Shown piece by piece: positions 9,970 to 19,150 of a DNA stretch of 64,000 nucleotides. Source of the DNA: Promethearchaeia archaeon (lineage in GTDB: Archaea; Asgardarchaeota; Lokiarchaeia; Sigyniarchaeales; SOKP01); NCBI GenBank assembly GCA_029856045.1, contig JAHQWG010000028.1, positions 78,547-142,546 on the forward strand, given 5' to 3'. Position numbers and translations under genes: made by a program. Under the pieces are notes generated by a model, which was given only the letters and a program-made list of their open reading frames with translations, did not search any database and was not told the origin of the DNA. Within the stretch, counting starts at the first letter, position 1, and each line of letters starts with the position of its first letter.

Positions 9970-12900
9970 CTAATAATTGTAAGCACCTTGATTTTCGGGA
10001 TAAATAAACTCGAATTTATTAGTGAGAGATTTATGATTAAGCCATTTTTTTATATTTTTATCCCAGAGATGACAATCCAATGGATTCGGATGTTTGAATT
10101 TATCAAATAAATTATTAACAAAAAGATCTCCTTTAACTAAATCAAAAAATAAAAGATAATGTTCTATTCCAAAATAATTGAATAATTGAGTAATAATTTT
10201 CTTGAAATGATTAAAGGCGGAATCTGGTAAATAAAATTTCAAAAATAATCCATTTTCAAATTTAATTATTTTATCATCTTCTTTAAAACAATATTCCCCC
10301 TCTATTTCATAAATGAATCCATAATTAAGGAAATTAAAAATCTTAGTAATTATTTCGATTTGTTCTCGTGTCAAATTCGGTATAATTGCATAAAATTTAA
10401 ATTTAAGACCTGTATTTTCTCTAAGTTTTATTTGGGGAAAAATTAATTTTTTATTAATCAAATCTTTAATGTTGTTTAACCTTGATTTGTGTCTTAATTT
10501 TATCATATCTAAAAAATTTTGACCATTAAAATCTATGATGTTCTGGAAATCTTGGTTGATTTTTCCTTTAATATTTTTATCTTCTCTTTTAGATACATTA
10601 AAAACTTTTAAATCAATTGAAGGGTTAAAATTCTTATCAAATAGTATTTTTTGAACAAATATTTCAAAAGTCTGGTATCCAAAATAAAAACCATCAGGGC
10701 CAATATTAAAATTAAAATTCAATATTGAAAAGATTTTTTTAACTGAAAATGATAAATATTCATCAATTTCTCTTTTACTTTTTAAAACCCAGTTCAGATA
10801 TGAGAAATTGGGATTTCTTGAGGGGAAAATGTATTGAAAAAGGTATGAATTTGAATTTTCTAATGAAGCTGTATATTTAAGATTTTTAAAACCTAATGGA
10901 AATAACATTTTCCAGTCAATTTCATTACCTTCACTTGGTTTTAAGTATAAATAGTAATTTTCTAAACCAAATGTTGAAAAATTTATAAAAAAATCAATAT
11001 TTTTAATATATCTAGAATATTTGATAATAGTTGAAAGATCTTTATTCTGAGTAAGTATATCTTCAAGATTATTGTGTAAATCTCCAATATCTTTAAAAGT
11101 TTCTAAACTAGCTAATTCACTCTTTTTTGATTTTAGATTTTCGGCAAATTGTTCAAAAGATATTTTTTTAAATAAATTTTCGTTTAATTTAATAGATTCG
11201 ATCTTACTTTCTCTATGATTTGAAAAAAGCTTTTGGTCTTTAACAAGAGCAATACTATATTTAGATAGCTCATCAAAAAAATCTGGAGTATAAAAAAAAT
11301 CATTATTTTCGACATCAAAAAAATCCTCAAGGCTAAAAATCGATATTAGGTACGAAGTGAGGAATTCTTTTAAAAGAATTAAATCACTCTTAAATAAATT
11401 ATAAATAAAACCTAGCAAGTTTAATTTTTCTTTGTCATTTAGCTCAACACTATATAAATGTAAATAGATATATTTTTTGCCAGTGATTATGTCAATACTT
11501 CTATTAATATTTATTCTAGGAAATATTTGTTTGAGAGCATAAATCTTTTTATCTGCAGCAATAGAATCCTTTATTATTAAAGAATAAAAAATTGGGCAAA
11601 TTTTTCTGGCAGAAATAGAGGTAATTAAAAATGGAACTGCTCCTGGGGGATCAGCTTGAACAGTTTGAGTTAATCTTGTATCTATATCTTCAAATGTAAT
11701 TTTCTTTATTCGATATTCCTTTAAAATTTTTTTTATTTTCTGAATTTTTGAAGAATATAAATTTTCCGCTAATTCCTTCTTTGTTAAAATTACTCCAATC
11801 GTGTTTAGATTGAAAATTTTAAGCTTTTCAAAAACCTTTAGTAAGCGTAGGGTATTTTGATAATTTTCTTTTTTCTTGCCATAATCAGAATATTTATTAA
11901 AATAAACAACAAATAAATTAAACACGTCTTTTTTAAGCTTAAAGAAATGATATTCAATATTTTCTTTGAATTTGGGGCCAATCCCGTTTTGTTCAATAAA
12001 ATCAAATAGCATATATTCATTTTTTAGTTCTGGGTGGATTTGTAGAAGATTTTCTACGTGAATTATTAACTTTAAAATGGTAGAAATTTGTTCTTTGATA
12101 TAAAAAAATCCGAATGATTTATTTAAATTAATAACATTGAGACAAATTTGTTTTAATTCCGGATTCGCATAAAAAACATTTATAATCTCTTTTAGATCCT
12201 TAATATTATTTCTCTGAGTTAATAAATAACTAAATAGATCACTTTTTACTTTCTTTAATTGTTTCCATTTTTCCTCAAAACTAAAACCAGTGGCGGAGAA
12301 CCATCTAATTCTATCAAGGAGTATAATATCTAATAGATCCAATTTCTTTTCTTCTTTAGAAGCATATTTTAGAGAAGGAGAAAATATTAGATGCTCATTA
12401 AAATCTTTATCATCTCTAAGTAATAGTTTTTTATTCATAAATTTCTTTTTAAAATAATTTAAATTAAGATAGTTTTCATGAAAATCAAATTTTAGTAGAA
12501 AAAATTTCTTGATAATCCCAAAATTTTTTAACGTTCTAAAATATTTCTTTAAATCATCATTGTATTTCTTAGGTATAACAAAAATTCCTGTAAGTTCAAT
12601 CCCAAATTTCGATTCTTGGGATCTATTTACCCAATAAAACGGTAAATGCTCTAATATTTTTTGTATCCTATAATTTCCTAGTTGAGGGTTAAAATACAAA
12701 TAACAATAAATCGTATTTAAAAAATAATAATCAGAATTTACTTGATAATTCGGAGATATCATTGAAAGCGGTAAAAAGTCCTTAAAATACTTGTTAAATT
12801 TCTTTGGAGTGAAGGTAGTTTGAATTTTATTCTCTAATGTTAATCTCTTAAAAATATCTTTAAAATCTTTTCTTCTTATATACCGTTTTTTAATTTGAAA

Positions 12901-13509
12901 AATCTCAAAAATGAGGTAAAAAAATTCTAACTCATCTTCATTCTCAAAATGACCTTCCATTACGTTATATTTATGAATATCAGCAAAAACATCATATTCC
13001 TCATCAAGATTTATAAATAAAAATGAATATTTATGGATATAATCAAATAGAAATTTTATATTTTTTATTATTATATTCCCAATTCTAAATCTATATCGAG
13101 CGTATAATAGATTTTTTTTAAATTTCTCTTCCCATATATCAAAATTTGGAAGTTTCCTTAAGATTTCTGAAGTAATTAATAAAATTATTATTATTAAAGT
13201 AGAATAATTTTCCAACGATTCAGGAATAAAACAATAAAAAATCTCACGTAAAAGTATAAATTTAATAATATTTTTTAAATTAAAATCTATTTCCAAAATA
13301 TATCTTTCTTCCTCATGAATTCTTTTGACTCCAAAATCAATCGAAATATCTTCAAATTTTATGGAAGTATTATCTTTTATAAGTTCAATTTTATAAGGCT
13401 GGCGTAATGGATCTCTTTCTATGTGGCTTCCAATTTCACACAAAAGATAATTAAACCAATAATTGATATTTTCTTGAGTAATTTGAGCTTCAAAATATTC
13501 TTCTAACAT
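9970..13509 (-). CDS. Large (1179 aa) protein of unknown function
   Basis: Long uninterrupted ORF in a coding-dense operon-like array. I could not find a P-loop, helicase, nuclease, SAM-binding or TM motif by eye. Strand-helix-strand-like modules recur (e.g. FYAIIPNLTREQIEIITKIFNFLNYGFIYEIEGEY; YIYLHLYSVELNDKEKLNLLGFIYNLF). Confidence 0.65.
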   Translation of the reverse strand: MLEEYFEAQITQENINYWFNYLLCEIGSHIERDPLRQPYKIELIKDNTSIKFEDISIDFGVKRIHEEERYILEIDFNLKNIIKFILLREIFYCFIPESLENYSTLIIIILLITSEILRKLPNFDIWEEKFKKNLLYARYRFRIGNIIIKNIKFLFDYIHKYSFLFINLDEEYDVFADIHKYNVMEGHFENEDELEFFYLIFEIFQIKKRYIRRKDFKDIFKRLTLENKIQTTFTPKKFNKYFKDFLPLSMISPNYQVNSDYYFLNTIYCYLYFNPQLGNYRIQKILEHLPFYWVNRSQESKFGIELTGIFVIPKKYNDDLKKYFRTLKNFGIIKKFFLLKFDFHENYLNLNYFKKKFMNKKLLLRDDKDFNEHLIFSPSLKYASKEEKKLDLLDIILLDRIRWFSATGFSFEEKWKQLKKVKSDLFSYLLTQRNNIKDLKEIINVFYANPELKQICLNVINLNKSFGFFYIKEQISTILKLIIHVENLLQIHPELKNEYMLFDFIEQNGIGPKFKENIEYHFFKLKKDVFNLFVVYFNKYSDYGKKKENYQNTLRLLKVFEKLKIFNLNTIGVILTKKELAENLYSSKIQKIKKILKEYRIKKITFEDIDTRLTQTVQADPPGAVPFLITSISARKICPIFYSLIIKDSIAADKKIYALKQIFPRININRSIDIITGKKYIYLHLYSVELNDKEKLNLLGFIYNLFKSDLILLKEFLTSYLISIFSLEDFFDVENNDFFYTPDFFDELSKYSIALVKDQKLFSNHRESKIESIKLNENLFKKISFEQFAENLKSKKSELASLETFKDIGDLHNNLEDILTQNKDLSTIIKYSRYIKNIDFFINFSTFGLENYYLYLKPSEGNEIDWKMLFPLGFKNLKYTASLENSNSYLFQYIFPSRNPNFSYLNWVLKSKREIDEYLSFSVKKIFSILNFNFNIGPDGFYFGYQTFEIFVQKILFDKNFNPSIDLKVFNVSKREDKNIKGKINQDFQNIIDFNGQNFLDMIKLRHKSRLNNIKDLINKKLIFPQIKLRENTGLKFKFYAIIPNLTREQIEIITKIFNFLNYGFIYEIEGEYCFKEDDKIIKFENGLFLKFYLPDSAFNHFKKIITQLFNYFGIEHYLLFFDLVKGDLFVNNLFDKFKHPNPLDCHLWDKNIKKWLNHKSLTNKFEFIYPENQGAYNY

Positions 13510-13588
13510 ATTGCAATAGTTATTTTTCTCTAAATTCTCTTTATAATATTAGATCTATTTTAATTTTTAAGATTTATTTTCAAAATCT

Positions 13589-15187
13589 TTATTTTTTGAA
13601 ATATTCACGACATTGACATTGTTTATGTGGGATTACAGGAATTTTTATTATTTCATAATTAAATAAATCTACAATGATAAAATGACCTTGAGATGAATTT
13701 ATATAACCACATATATCATTGATAATGTTCTGCGAAATTATTGAGCCTGTAGCTATTACAACATCTCCAATATTTCCTGTTTTTCTAAGAGAATTAAATA
13801 TAGATTGTTTATTTGTCCTAAACCGCAAATATTTATCTCCAAAAATGCACCTTAAACAAGCAGTTTCCTCTGGGTAATAGTTGAATAAATCTCCAGTAGT
13901 TTGATTTACTACTCCCCAATAAAATGGTTTCTTATTTTTTATACATAGATCATTAATTAAATAGGGTGCTCCAAATAAATCAAGAGCATTTATAATATAA
14001 TCACTCATCTTTATAATTTTATTAATTTCATCAATATCCCTTGGATATTCAGCCTCATTGATTTCTAATATATTTATTTCTTTAGGATAATTTATATTAA
14101 TATTATGAATTTCTATATTAGCATTCGGGTTTATTTTTAATAATCTTTCTTTAGCTTTCTTAACTTTTATTTTTCCAATATCTTCTGGTGTATATAATGT
14201 TTGTCGATTTAAATTAGATAATTCAATCTTGTCATGATCTACTAAAATGAAATTATGAACACCACTATAAATTAATCCTAGTAAAATGTTAGTTCCAATC
14301 CCACCAACACCAAAAACAACAACTCTTGCATCTCGAATTTTTTTCTGATTAATCAGAGGATGTGAAATTTGGCGATCCCATCTTTCAATATCATTATCGT
14401 TTAACATTGTATTATTTTGATTTCTAATAGTCTGCTCTATTAGTTTGTAATATTCATATTGTCTAAGAAAAATCTTTAATTTGACCTCCTTTAATTCACT
14501 TTGTTTAAAATATCTTTTTTCCACAATATTTTTTATTATCCTTTTTCTGATGTCTTCTTCACTTTTTGGAGAAACATATCCTGTTTTTATTTGTTGATCT
14601 TTTCTCAAGGATTTTTCTACCTTTCCTTTTTCAAAGAAGATCTCCTTTCCTAATCCCTCTGGAATATTCTCTCTTAAATCTAGATCATAATATTCCAAAT
14701 CTTCTAATTTATTACTGACCTTTACAAAATCTTTTAAAACACATCTAAATTTAAAATTCAGTTTATTGAGAAGATATTTCATATTTAAATTTCTTGATAA
14801 TGTATTACAAGTAACCCATTCAAAACCTTTTTCTTCAATTTTTTTTATTGTTTCTGAAAAAAAATGAGTGCCGATTCCTTTTTTTCTATATTTACTCTTA
14901 ATAATCACTCCCATATTAACAGATTTTGGAAATATCGGGTTAAAATCGTTTATTACCGTATATTCACAAATACCAATAATATCTTTCTTATAATCTTTAT
15001 TATTAAAGTAAATTACATTAACATAATATTTCGGATTTTTCAGTTGTTTGAAATAGAGATTTTGGGGTATCTTAACTGCAAATGAATCGGAGTAATAATC
15101 TTCAAAAAGTTCCCATAATAAATCCCTTAATTCAAATTTTTCTTTATATTCTAAAGTTTTGAATTTTAATGAATCAATAATAACCAT
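13589..15187 (-). CDS. Fusion protein with an N-terminal GNAT (RimJ/RimL-like) acetyltransferase and a C-terminal ThiF/MoeB/E1-like adenylyltransferase
   Basis: 532 aa. The GNAT core is NMGVIIKSKYRKKGIGTHFFSETIKKIEEKGF (residues about 1-165, nt about 14693-15187). The E1 domain spans residues about 265-532 (nt about 13589-14395). It contains RWDRQI..KIRDARVVVFGVGGIGTN, VDHDKIELSNLNRQ, NALDLFGAPYLINDLC, CLRC and a C-terminal CQC. Confidence 0.75.
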   Translation of the reverse strand: MVIIDSLKFKTLEYKEKFELRDLLWELFEDYYSDSFAVKIPQNLYFKQLKNPKYYVNVIYFNNKDYKKDIIGICEYTVINDFNPIFPKSVNMGVIIKSKYRKKGIGTHFFSETIKKIEEKGFEWVTCNTLSRNLNMKYLLNKLNFKFRCVLKDFVKVSNKLEDLEYYDLDLRENIPEGLGKEIFFEKGKVEKSLRKDQQIKTGYVSPKSEEDIRKRIIKNIVEKRYFKQSELKEVKLKIFLRQYEYYKLIEQTIRNQNNTMLNDNDIERWDRQISHPLINQKKIRDARVVVFGVGGIGTNILLGLIYSGVHNFILVDHDKIELSNLNRQTLYTPEDIGKIKVKKAKERLLKINPNANIEIHNININYPKEINILEINEAEYPRDIDEINKIIKMSDYIINALDLFGAPYLINDLCIKNKKPFYWGVVNQTTGDLFNYYPEETACLRCIFGDKYLRFRTNKQSIFNSLRKTGNIGDVVIATGSIISQNIINDICGYINSSQGHFIIVDLFNYEIIKIPVIPHKQCQCREYFKK

Positions 15188-15418
15188 TGTAATATTCTCA
15201 TTATAATGAATAAATGAAGTCTAAGATATTGTTATTAATTAGATGTATTAAAACCATTTATTTTCGAAATTTTTTCTATATCTTAAGAATTTTTAATATT
15301 TTAAAGTTTTATTAAGAGTAAGAGTTTAGATTTAATTTTTTATTATTAAAAAATTATTTAAATTCTGGTATTATATTCAAGATTAAGTTTAATAAAATAA
15401 ATTTTTAAACTGATAATT

Positions 15419-16399
15419 ATGGGATTTATTTCTGGATTAAAAGAATTATTTAAGAAAGGTATTTTTGCTTTTATCTTATTATCGTTTATTCTATCTTGGT
15501 TTTTAATCTTATTCGGAATAACTTTCATTCCTTCCGCTAATTTTCAAATTTTTGCAGGATGGTTTATTGCCATTTTAATTGGATTTAATATAGTTTTATT
15601 TATCTTTTCGTTTTTTAAATCTGTTGATAAAATGGGAACAGCTCTAATAATAATTGCATTTATAATTTCATTACCCTTATTAATTATTTTTGCTGCAATC
15701 GTTGGATTATTTTTTATATTTTGCTTCTTCGCCAATCTTATTTTAACATCATTTTTCTACTTTAAAGGTTCAATAGACTCCGCTACAAAAGTAGATGATT
15801 ATTTATATAAAAAGAAAGGCTCCAGAAAAGTAACTCGAACACTAGAATTTTTAATTTTTGGAATTCTTGATTTAGGGTTATTAATACTCACAGCTATTTT
15901 TTTTAGGAGTATAAACCCAGCAAGCTTTATCATATTCCAAATTATTTTCTATGTTAATTTAATATTAATAGGATTTGTAATATTGAGACTTTTATTTACA
16001 AAAAAATTCGCTGCATATATCACCTTATTTTTTCTATTATCATTATTTTATATTATTTACATAATTATTGATATATTTGCTGAAATACTTTTTACCGGTC
16101 TTGGAACTTATAATTGGATTTCGTTCTTCATTGATTTGGTTCTATTTTTATATATTATTGGGGCGATTTACGACAGAGTTGATTACTTAAAAGAAAAACT
16201 CATAATATTTAGAGCAGATACAATTGCTTTATTCGTCATAATAATTAAGCTCCTCGTAAAAATTAATGAATTATTGAATTTAGGAGCTCCACCAAATGTC
16301 ACTGAAGAATTGATGGTACTATTTGTATTTATTGCCTTTAATTTGCTAATTGGAATTTATTCGATTTTTGCTCATAAAGAGGGAAAAACTGGAAAATAA
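15419..16399 (+). CDS. Polytopic membrane protein, paralog A of a tandem pair
   Basis: 326 aa with about 8-9 hydrophobic segments. It shares an N-terminus (MGFISGLKELFKK) and internal motifs (VDDYLYKKKGSRKVTRTLEFLIFGILDL; LRLLFTKKFAAYITLF; RVDYLKEK) with the next gene. Confidence 0.6.
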   Translation: MGFISGLKELFKKGIFAFILLSFILSWFLILFGITFIPSANFQIFAGWFIAILIGFNIVLFIFSFFKSVDKMGTALIIIAFIISLPLLIIFAAIVGLFFIFCFFANLILTSFFYFKGSIDSATKVDDYLYKKKGSRKVTRTLEFLIFGILDLGLLILTAIFFRSINPASFIIFQIIFYVNLILIGFVILRLLFTKKFAAYITLFFLLSLFYIIYIIIDIFAEILFTGLGTYNWISFFIDLVLFLYIIGAIYDRVDYLKEKLIIFRADTIALFVIIIKLLVKINELLNLGAPPNVTEELMVLFVFIAFNLLIGIYSIFAHKEGKTGK

Positions 16400-16415
16400 T
16401 CATCTGGTGAAATCT

Positions 16416-17417
16416 ATGCGTTTCATTTCAGGTATAAAAGAATTATTTAGAAATCCATTATATGCGATAATCATAACAACCTTTCTCTTAGCTTGGTTTT
16501 TAAGTTTGATCGGATATACCATATTTCCTGAAGTGAATGATTTTAAAAATTTTGTGTATTTTTTTATCCAGATTTTCATTGGATTTATTTTAGTTTTACT
16601 TGTGTTTTCTCTTAAAAAACCAATTAATGAAATGAGTGTAAAATTAATAATAATTGCATTTTTAATTGGATTACCTGTTTTATTATTTTTTAGTATATTT
16701 GTGTGGCTTTTTTATGGTATTTGTTTTTTTGCTAATACATTTTTTACTTCTTTCTTTGCCTTTTTAGTGTGTCGTGATACTTCTACTCAACTGGATGATT
16801 ACTTATATAAAAAAAAGAAATCTAAAATAATCACCCGAACGTTAGAATTTCTATTATTCGGTCTTCTTGATTTATGGATTATTAATATTGCCACTGATTT
16901 TTTAAGTAATGAGATTGGGGGAATTAAAACCATTTTAAATATTATTTCTATTTTTTATATAGTGTTAGTTGGATTAGTGATTTTGCGTTTATTATTTAAA
17001 AGGAAATTCGCAGCATATATTACTCTATTTTTAATACTTGCCTATTTCTATCTTTTTTATAATATTCTCAGTTTCATAATTGAAGAAATTTTAATAAATG
17101 CTTTATATTTTGTTTGGTTTTCTTTTATTATTGATTTATTACTATTTTTTTATATCCTTGGTTCAATTTTCAGCAGAGTTGACTATCTAAAAGAGAAAAT
17201 AAAAGTATTTTCAGCTGACACGATTTCTTTATTTGTTATAATCATGAAGTTAATAGTTCAAATTTCCTACATTTATCCAGACTTACCAGGAGTTAATATT
17301 GCCGAGAACGTAGACCTAGAGGGAGCGGTATTATTAATCTTCCTAGCTTGTACGCTCTTTCTTGGGACACATACAATTTTTACCCATAAGCATGAAGAAG
17401 CGATAATACAAGATTAA
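16416..17417 (+). CDS. Polytopic membrane protein, paralog B of a tandem pair
   Basis: The track ORF starts at 16350 and overlaps the upstream gene. Alignment with paralog A (MRFISGIKELFRN vs MGFISGLKELFKK) favours the ATG at 16416. Shared motifs are LDDYLYKKKKSKIITRTLEFLLFGLLDL, LRLLFKRKFAAYITLF and RVDYLKEK. Confidence 0.6.
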   Translation: MRFISGIKELFRNPLYAIIITTFLLAWFLSLIGYTIFPEVNDFKNFVYFFIQIFIGFILVLLVFSLKKPINEMSVKLIIIAFLIGLPVLLFFSIFVWLFYGICFFANTFFTSFFAFLVCRDTSTQLDDYLYKKKKSKIITRTLEFLLFGLLDLWIINIATDFLSNEIGGIKTILNIISIFYIVLVGLVILRLLFKRKFAAYITLFLILAYFYLFYNILSFIIEEILINALYFVWFSFIIDLLLFFYILGSIFSRVDYLKEKIKVFSADTISLFVIIMKLIVQISYIYPDLPGVNIAENVDLEGAVLLIFLACTLFLGTHTIFTHKHEEAIIQD

Positions 17418-17488
17418 TCAAATTTTATTAATTCACTATTTATTTACATATTTAATATTTAAATTCTCGGTAGATCACAAAGCTTTGT

Positions 17489-17992
17489 ATGGATGATAGA
17501 ATTGATGATCTTTACAATAAACTTGGACAATTATTTGTAGAAGTGGAAAAAATAACCGATAATGTTGGATTAATAAAAAATAATCTTGATACGATTTCTA
17601 AGACTAAGGGCTCATTTGGTTTAAAGGCGATTGCAAAATCAAGCCTTCTAAAAGATTTTGAACCTATTGAAGGAATTGGAACTAGCACTAAAAGATATAA
17701 ATTATTTTTCAGGTTTATTAAGGATGAATGGAAATCAACTGTAAATGATTTTCTGATTGGTATAAAACAACAAGATCGATCCTCTAATTACGACTTAAAA
17801 GCATTGGGTATAAGGATCCATATTAATGATACACGAAAATTACGACAATTAGCTAAACAAGTTATTTCGCTCCTCCATATTTCATGCGAGATTAATAGTA
17901 TTGATAGTACCACTATTTTACGTGAGATTATCCAAGAAATAAACGCAAAAAGTGATACTATGGTTAGAAATATAAAGGAAAAAATTCATTAG
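17489..17992 (+). CDS. Hypothetical protein (167 aa)
   Basis: This ORF has no competing frame and no recognisable motif. Confidence 0.45.
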   Translation: MDDRIDDLYNKLGQLFVEVEKITDNVGLIKNNLDTISKTKGSFGLKAIAKSSLLKDFEPIEGIGTSTKRYKLFFRFIKDEWKSTVNDFLIGIKQQDRSSNYDLKALGIRIHINDTRKLRQLAKQVISLLHISCEINSIDSTTILREIIQEINAKSDTMVRNIKEKIH

Positions 17993-18009
17993 CACAAGTA
18001 AAAATCATT

Positions 18010-18933
18010 ATGAAAGAAAATACGATACTACAAAATTTTTATAAAACCTTAGAAATAAATGGTTATAGAGGGCAAATTATTTCTGCAAAATATATTCCAG
18101 ACTTGCGGAACGACATTCGAAAGCATTATGAACAAAATCTTATTTATCCAGAGTTATATAAAGAATATAAAGCATATTTTGAGTTTGAACCAGATGTGGA
18201 TTTCGCTCAGATAAATTCTCTTTTCATAATCGCGGTTCCCGTGCCTCAATTTAAGGTTATTTTCCATTGGAATAAAAAAAAGATTTCTTTACTTATACCC
18301 CCTACATATTTACATAATCTTGAGATAATAAACAAAGTGAAGGAACTCCTAACCGAGATATTCAAGCCGGATGGGTATAATTTCGCATATGCCAACCTTC
18401 CTGAAAAAACCTTAGCAGTACGTAGCGGATTAGCCGAATATGGGAGAAATAATATCACTTATGTGCCGGGAATGGGTAGTTTTCATTACTTAACAGCATT
18501 TTATTCGGACTTTCTTGTCGAACAAAATAATTGGCAAGAATTACGAATCATGGATATGTGTAAGGAGTGTTCTGCCTGTGTTCGAAAGTGTCCCACCGGA
18601 GCAATCCCAACGGATCGCTTTCTATTACGTGTTGAGAAGTGTCTTACATATCATAATGAACTACCAGGAGATATCTCCTTTCCAGATTGGATTGATCCTA
18701 CATGGCATAATTGTTTAGTTGGTTGCCTTCATTGTCAGAAAGTGTGTCCTGCAAATAAGAAAGTTATAAATTGGATCGAACCTGGACCAACATTCAGTGA
18801 AGAGGAGACAAAATTGATCTTAAGTCGAAAAAATGTAGATCAACTGTCCGAAGAGACGAGAAAGAAAATAGAAGAGCATGATTTGCTTGATTATTTTGAG
18901 CTTATTCCACGAAATTTAAGTGTTTTATTATAA
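18010..18933 (+). CDS. 4Fe-4S dicluster protein of the QueG / reductive-dehalogenase-related family
   Basis: 307 aa. It has two ferredoxin-type motifs, CKECSACVRKCPTGAI and CLVGCLHCQKVCPANKK, separated by CLTYHNE. An LAVRSGLAEYGRNNI..GSFHYL segment precedes them, as in epoxyqueuosine-reductase-like proteins. Confidence 0.55.
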   Translation: MKENTILQNFYKTLEINGYRGQIISAKYIPDLRNDIRKHYEQNLIYPELYKEYKAYFEFEPDVDFAQINSLFIIAVPVPQFKVIFHWNKKKISLLIPPTYLHNLEIINKVKELLTEIFKPDGYNFAYANLPEKTLAVRSGLAEYGRNNITYVPGMGSFHYLTAFYSDFLVEQNNWQELRIMDMCKECSACVRKCPTGAIPTDRFLLRVEKCLTYHNELPGDISFPDWIDPTWHNCLVGCLHCQKVCPANKKVINWIEPGPTFSEEETKLILSRKNVDQLSEETRKKIEEHDLLDYFELIPRNLSVLL

Positions 18934-19150
18934 GAGAATTCCTATAAAAAGATTAATACAACGTTTGCTATACTTAATTGACGATATGTTTGATAATTTG
19001 AAAGAAGAATTGATTAAGGTCTTGAGATATAGTTCTAACAACTTGTTGAATCACTTTTGTATTTTTATCATAAAGAGAGATTTTTTAAATATATTAAGTT
19101 AATTTTAAGTGATAAACCTTAAAAAATGAAATTTTTGAAATATTATAGAG

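Noticed and set aside
15188-15418. Search for a microcin-C-like precursor peptide (a short ORF ending in Asn) upstream of the E1-like gene.
   Set aside because: The only short minus-strand ORFs are MVLIHLINNNILDFIYSL (15257-15201) and MRILQWLLLIH. They end in Leu and His, and neither has a convincing ribosome-binding context. There is no support for an MccA-type substrate here.
16350-16415. The listed start of the second membrane paralog at 16350, which overlaps the first paralog by 50 nt.
   Set aside because: Alignment of the two paralogs begins at MRFISG (ATG at 16416). The 22 extra residues have no counterpart, so the downstream start is preferred.
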